From Scenedesmus sp. PABB004 (taxonomy: Eukaryota): a DNA stretch of 38,650 nt. Each line of letters starts with the position of its first letter. Position 1 is the first letter of the stretch. Below, piece by piece: positions 33,745 to 38,650 of the stretch. The position numbers and the translations under genes were made by a program. The notes beneath the pieces were generated by a model, which saw only the letters and a program-made list of their open reading frames with translations, did not search any database and was not told the origin of the DNA. The stretch lies in the NCBI GenBank assembly GCA_014905635.1, contig JABVCE010000040.1, positions 186,001-224,650 of the forward strand. The letters are read 5' to 3'.

Positions 33745-36700
33745 ATGGGCTTCGTGCACAGCCTCAACGAGCGCGTGGCGGGCAGCGTGGTGAGTCCCGG
33801 GCGCGCGTGCGGGCGCGCGCGGGCGCCTCGTGCGCGGCGAGGGCTTGCTGAGCAGCAGTAATCGTCCGATGCCCGACCGGGCGCTCCGCGCCGCCTGACG
33901 CCCGCGCGCCGCGCCACCTAGGTGGGACGCTACTTCCAGATCAAGGAGCGCGGGAGCACGTTCTCCACCGAGGTCCGCGCCGGCTTCGTGACTTTCCTGA
34001 CGAGTGAGCGCATTTTCGCCGCCTCGCGCCGCCCTCCGGCCCCGGCGCGGCGCCTCGCCCGGCGCACGCGTGCCTAGAGCTCCAGGGGCGACTGCGGGGC
34101 GCGCCGTCGGGCCGCCAGGACACCTCGTCGGGCGCGGCAGCAGCACGGGGGTGCTGCCACGGGGGCCCCTCACCCCGTCCTGCGCCGCCCGCAGCTGCGT
34201 ACATCCTGGCCGTCAACTCCGGCATCCTCAGCGACACCGGCGGCACGTGCAGCGATGCCGACTGCACGGTGCGCCGCGCTCCGCCGCCGCTGCCACGCTC
34301 CGCCGCCGCTGCCGCGCTGCGCCGCGCGTCCCGACGCGCCGCCGCCGCCCTGCCCGGCGCGCCCCGCCGCTGCACGCGCGCAGGGCCCCAAGAAGGGCCA
34401 GCCCGGCTGCCGCTTCGACGACCCCGGCTTCCAGGCCTGCGTGGTGCGCGAGGCCGCCCGGCTCGCCCGCGCCACATGCCCGCCGCGCCCCCGCTCGCGC
34501 GCCCCTGTTCGCACGCGCGCCCCCGCTCACACGCCCCCGCGCCGCGCCGCGCGCCGCGCCGCGCGCGCCGCGCAGCAAGAGGTGCGGCGCAGCCTGATCA
34601 GCGCGACCGCGGCCACGTCGCTCATGGCCTGCTTCCTCATGGGCGCGGTCGCCAACCTGCCCCTCGCGGTGGTGAGCAGCGGGACCCCCCCCCCACAAAC
34701 ACACACACGGCAGGCCCCGCAGCCGACCAGGCCCCGCGCCGCGCGGCCGGCCCCTCGACCCAGACCCCCCCTGTGCTGCGCCGCGCCGCGCGGCCGTGCG
34801 CTCGGCCCACACGGCCCGTCGGCAGCGCCCCGTCCCCTGCTAAACCCTGCCCCGCCCCGCCCCCTAAACCCCGCCCCGCCAGGCGCCGGGCATGGGCATC
34901 AACGCCTACTTTGCCTACACCGTGGTCGGCTTCTACGGCACCGGCATGATCACGTACCAGGCGCGTTGAGGCTGGTCAACGCGCACTGCTGGTCAACGCA
35001 GCGCGCGTTGACCAGCGCGGCTGAACGGCCGACGCCGCCGGCGCGGCCCCGCCGCCCCGCCGCCGCGGCCGCGCGCCAAGCCGCCGCTGCGCCGCGCCGC
35101 CTGCACCCTGGCCCTGACCGCCGCAGGAGGCGCTGGCCGCGGTGTTCATCGAGGGCTGGATCTTCATCGCCATCTCGCTCACAGGCGCGCCCAGCACGCA
35201 CAGCGCGGCGCGCGCAGCACGCGCAGCGCGGTCCCCGGCGCGCGCAGCGCGGCGCCGGCACGCGCCCGCGCCGACGCCGCCGCGCGCCGCCCGCCGCCGC
35301 GCGCCCGCGCGCCCGCCCCCCCCCCCCCCCCCCCCCCCCAGGCGTGCGTGGGCGGCTGGTGAGCCTGGTGCCCAAGTCGATCATGCTCGCCACCGCGGGC
35401 GGCATTGGGCTCTTCCTGGTGGGTTGTAGGGGCCTAGGGTTTGAGAGGAGGGGTTTAGAGGGCTCGGGCTGGGCTTGATTGAGGGCTCGGGGGCAGGGGC
35501 GCGAGGCGGCGCCGGCGCGGCGCGCCGGGGCGGGGGCGCCCGGGCGGGCGCGCCGCGGGTGGCGACTTGATGTGAAGCGTGAGCGCTCCACCTGTGTCGC
35601 GCACCCGGCCGCGCCTCGCCCGGCGCGGCGCCCTCGCGCCGCGCCGCGGCGGGCGGCGGGCCGCGTCCCCCTCCCCGCACCCACACACACACGCGCGCAC
35701 GTGTCGCGCGCGAACTCACGCCCTCCCCCTGTTCACGCACCAACCAAAACCCCAGGCCTTCATCGGGCTGCAGAACAGCGAGGGCCTCGGCCTCGTGACC
35801 TACAACTCAGCCACGCTCGTCACGCTCGGTGCGGCGCGCGCGCTGCACGCCGCGCCGCCGCCGCGCGCGCGGCCCGCCGCCGCGCTCGCCGCTGCGCCCC
35901 CGTCCCCCTCCTCCTCTCTTGATCGTTCTCTCGACAACACACCAACATAACACAAACATAACACGTCAAATAACGCCCCGTCCTGCCCCGCCCCGCAGGC
36001 GGGTGCCCCGCGGCCAACCGCGTGTACCAGTACTCCATCGCCGACCCCACCCCCGCCGCGATCTGCGTGCCCGACCCCGACACGGGGCTGCCGAGCGTGG
36101 AGCTCGGCCCGCCGTCGTCCACCTACATGTGCAAGGCATGTGCAAGGCAGCGCGGCGGCGGGGGGGGGGGGGGGGGCTTTGGGTTGACGGCGCGTCCACG
36201 GGCGAGCCCCGGGCGGGCGCTGCCAGCGGGGGCGCGCGCAGGGGGCGCCGGGCGCGCTAGTTGCCGGGTCCACATGCTGACCCATGTGCGCGGCAATCAG
36301 CGCGCCCGGCGCCCTCGGCCGCGCGCTGCCCCTCCCCACCCCTCCCTCTATCCCCTCCCCGCGCCACAGTCGCGCACGCGCCTCCGCTCACCCCGTCGCG
36401 CGGGCGCGGCGCGGCGCGGCGCGGCGCGCAGGGCAAGCGCCTGCACCTGGCGTCGCTGTGGCTGGGCGTGGCTGGCATGCTGGTGATGGTCATGCTCATG
36501 GCCCGCAAGTGAGGCGGCCGTGGTTTAGGGTTTAGGGTTCATGGTGCTGGGGCGGGCCAGGGCTTTGGCGCTGGGGCGCCAGCGGGCGGGCGCGTGCCGC
36601 GGCGCGCCGCCGCCTGCGCGCCCGCCCCGCGCGCCGCGCCGTGGCCGTCGCGGGGCTCAGGTTCAGCTCCCTCAAACCCTGACATTCAAACCCCGCCACC

Positions 36701-38264
36701 CGCCCGCGCCCCCGCCGCCACACCCGCAGCGTCAAGGGCGCCATCATGGTCGGAATTGTGAGCCCCGCGCCGCGCAGCGCCGCGCCGCGCCGCGCCGCGC
36801 CGCGCCCCGCGGCCGGCTCGCGCGCCGCGCCGCGCCCCGCGGCCGTGGCTGGGCCGTGGAGCCCCCCGCGTTAACGCCGGCGCGCGCTCTGCCCGGGTTT
36901 AACGATGTCCCGCAAAAACCCCCGCCGCCGCTCCCCAGATCTTCACGACCGTCATCTCCTGGATCCCCGGCCACGCCGCGAGCTACCTGGGCGAAGGCAG
37001 CCAGACGCCAGGCGCGCTGCTGCTTGCTGTTTTGCGCGCGCCGCTCGGGCGCCGTCGCCGGCGCGCTCGCCGCCGCTCCGCCTCCCCGCGCCTCCCCTCT
37101 CGCCCCACCCACCCGCCCGCCCGCCCGCCCCGCACACGCCCCGCACGCACGCACACCAACCCGACCCACATCAACAACAGGCGGCGCGGGGCGGCTGGAG
37201 TTTTTCAAAAACGTGGTGTCCGTCCCCGACGCGCGCAAGACGACGCTCGCGTGGAGCTTTGCCGCGTTCCACCGCGGCGAGCTGTGGATCGCGCTCGTCA
37301 CGTTCCTCTACCTCGACTTCCTCGACGCCACGGGGACCCTGTTTTCGATGGTGCGGGCGGGCGGGCGGGGGTGTTACATTTGTGTTTTTTTGTGTTAGAC
37401 TTTTCTTTCGCCCCGGCGACGCCGCCGGCGCCGGCACCGGCCCCGCCGAGCGGCCTGCTCGGCGTGCGACGTAGCAGCATCAGCATGTAGCCGACGCGCA
37501 CGTGCTGCTTACGTCGCACGCCAAGCCGGCCGCTCAGCGGCCGAGCCGAGCGCTCGCCCCCGCCCACGGCGGGGTCCGCGCGGCCCGCGCCGCCGCCCCG
37601 CCGCCGCCCGCGCGACCCTCCTGACGCGCCCGCGGCGCCCGCCGCCCGCCTGCAAAACCCTGCCCCCGCACCCGCAAAACCCCGCAGGCGTCGATGCTGA
37701 ACCACCGCATCCCCGGCTTCGTCGACGAGCGCACCAAGGCCTTCCCCAAGCAGGCGCGCGGCGCGCGCGCGCTCAACCCCCGCGCGGGCCCGCGCTGCGC
37801 CGGGCGCGGCGCGCCCCCCTCGGCCCGTCGTGCATGCGCCGCGGCGCCCCCCGAGCCCGCCTGAGCCCTCCCCGCTCCCCCGCTAAACCCCCGCGCAGCT
37901 GTTTGCGTTCTGCGTGGACGGCGTGGCCATCGTCATCGGCTCCCTCCTCGGCTGCGCGCCCCTCACGGTGCGCGCCGACGCGGCGCGCGCGCCCTCCCGC
38001 CCCTCCCGCTCCCTCCCTCCCTCCTGCTCCCTCCTGCTCCCTCCCTCCCTCGCGCCCTCCCCCTAAACCCCCCCCCCCTTACCCCCGCCCCTAAACCCCC
38101 CCCCCCAACCCCAGGTCTACATCGAGAGCGCGAGCGGCATCCGCGAGGGCGGGCGCACGGGCGTGACTGCCATCGTGACGGCGTTCGGCTTCTTCATATC
38201 ACTCTTCTTCACGCCCCTCATCGCCTCAATCCCGCCCTACGCGACCGGGCCCGCGCTCATCCTG
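33745..38264 (+). CDS. AzgA/AZG-type adenine/guanine permease (NCS2 family), 3' end beyond the window
   Basis: Exons: 33745-33789, 33922-34003, 34195-34268, 34384-34443, 34576-34671, 34883-34960, 35127-35184, 35342-35418, 35756-35828, 35999-36135, 36432-36508, 36730-36757, 36939-37011, 37181-37350, 37688-37753, 37899-37967, 38115-38264. Motifs [90 protein letters not shown]. Confidence 0.94.
34961..35016 (+). repeat. Nested inverted/direct repeat at the 5' end of an AZG intron
   Basis: GCTGGTCAACGCGC (34971-34984) is the exact reverse complement of GCGCGTTGACCAGC (35003-35016). A 12-nt direct copy GCTGGTCAACGC lies at 34988-34999. Confidence 0.9.
36522..36539 (+). repeat. Interstitial plant-type telomeric repeat (TTTAGGG)2 in an AZG intron
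   Basis: ggtttagggtttagggtt lies about 14 nt after the donor at 36509. Confidence 0.8.
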
Positions 38265-38298
38265 GTGCGGCCGCGGGGCGGGGCGCGGGGGGGCGGGG

Positions 38299-38370
38299 TT
38301 TAGGGGGTGCGGGGTTTAGGGGGTGCGGGGTTTAGGGGGTGCAGGGTTTGGGGGGTGCGGGGTTTGGGGG
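38299..38370 (+). repeat. 16-nt tandem minisatellite (TTTAGGGGGTGCGGGG) x ~4.5 in an AZG intron
   Basis: Units start at 38299, 38315, 38331, 38347 and 38363; later copies are degenerate. Confidence 0.9.
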
Positions 38371-38650
38371 CGGCAAAGCCCCCCGCAGGGCTGGGCGTTG
38401 CGGCGTCGGCGGGGCCGTTGGGAGCGGGGCCGCGCCGCAAGGTGGCGGCCGTCGCGTCGGCGGCTCCGGCGCGCGGCGCGGCGAGGGGCGTGGCCAGAGC
38501 GTGCGCCCTTCACCGGCCGCGCCCTGTTTCACGCCCCGCGTCGCCGCCGCGCGCCTGGGGGTGTTGCGAGGTTTTTTTTTGGGGAGGGCGCGCCGCGGGG
38601 TGGCGGTCGCCGCGTCGTCGCGCCCTCGGGCGCGCGGCGGCGGCGAACGG

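Noticed and set aside
34961..35126. Known TPP or purine riboswitch aptamer in the AZG intron
   Set aside because: I could not recognise the conserved aptamer cores; only generic inverted repeats are present. An Infernal/Rfam scan would settle it.
62..38532. Hundreds of long overlapping and antisense ORFs in the six-frame track (e.g. 5072-7453 -, 8813-10981 -, 31795-33369 +)
   Set aside because: Their translations are Arg/Ala/Gly/Pro-rich with no family motifs. Stop codons are rare at this GC content, so these are shadows of the real spliced genes or read-through of introns.
1..38650. Prokaryotic interpretation (operons, CRISPR, defence systems, IS elements)
   Set aside because: The genes are eukaryote-specific and split by spliceosomal introns. 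I saw no repeat-spacer array, cas, transposase, integrase or reverse-transcriptase motifs.
38299..38650. Chromosome end or true telomere at the right edge
   Set aside because: The TTTAGGG-containing units are a 16-nt minisatellite inside an intron of a gene that continues past the window, not a pure terminal array.

Overview
This is gene-dense, intron-rich eukaryotic nuclear DNA with very high GC (roughly 80% by eye). It most likely comes from a chlorophyte green alga; a Sphaeropleales/Selenastraceae-like origin is my inference from composition, short introns, GTGCGC/GCGCGC donors and TGTAA signals. Most ORFs in the six-frame track are high-GC artefacts. Manual splicing gives 11 genes: a ~2275-aa SAND + AT-hook protein (+), a NEK-type kinase (+), a small Pro/Ala-rich hypothetical protein (-), a LUX/PCL1-like GARP transcription factor (+), FAM91A1 (+), a secreted TIM-barrel-like protein of unknown function (+), a calponin-homology kinesin-14 (-), DAD1/OST2 (+), NDUFS4 (-), VPS55 (+) and an AZG-type purine permease (+, running off the window). 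The main oddities concern splicing. VPS55 appears to need a single-nucleotide exon (T32457). About 12 of 74 inferred introns use GC donors. Two introns are bracketed by 13-14 nt direct repeats. A multi-arm inverted repeat overlaps a GC donor in the purine permease. Telomere-like motifs lie in introns with a strand polarity. Four or five -1 frameshifts in G/C runs probably reflect assembly errors. No rRNA, tRNA, CRISPR array or recognisable transposase was seen. All exon coordinates are hand-derived and not verified by transcripts.
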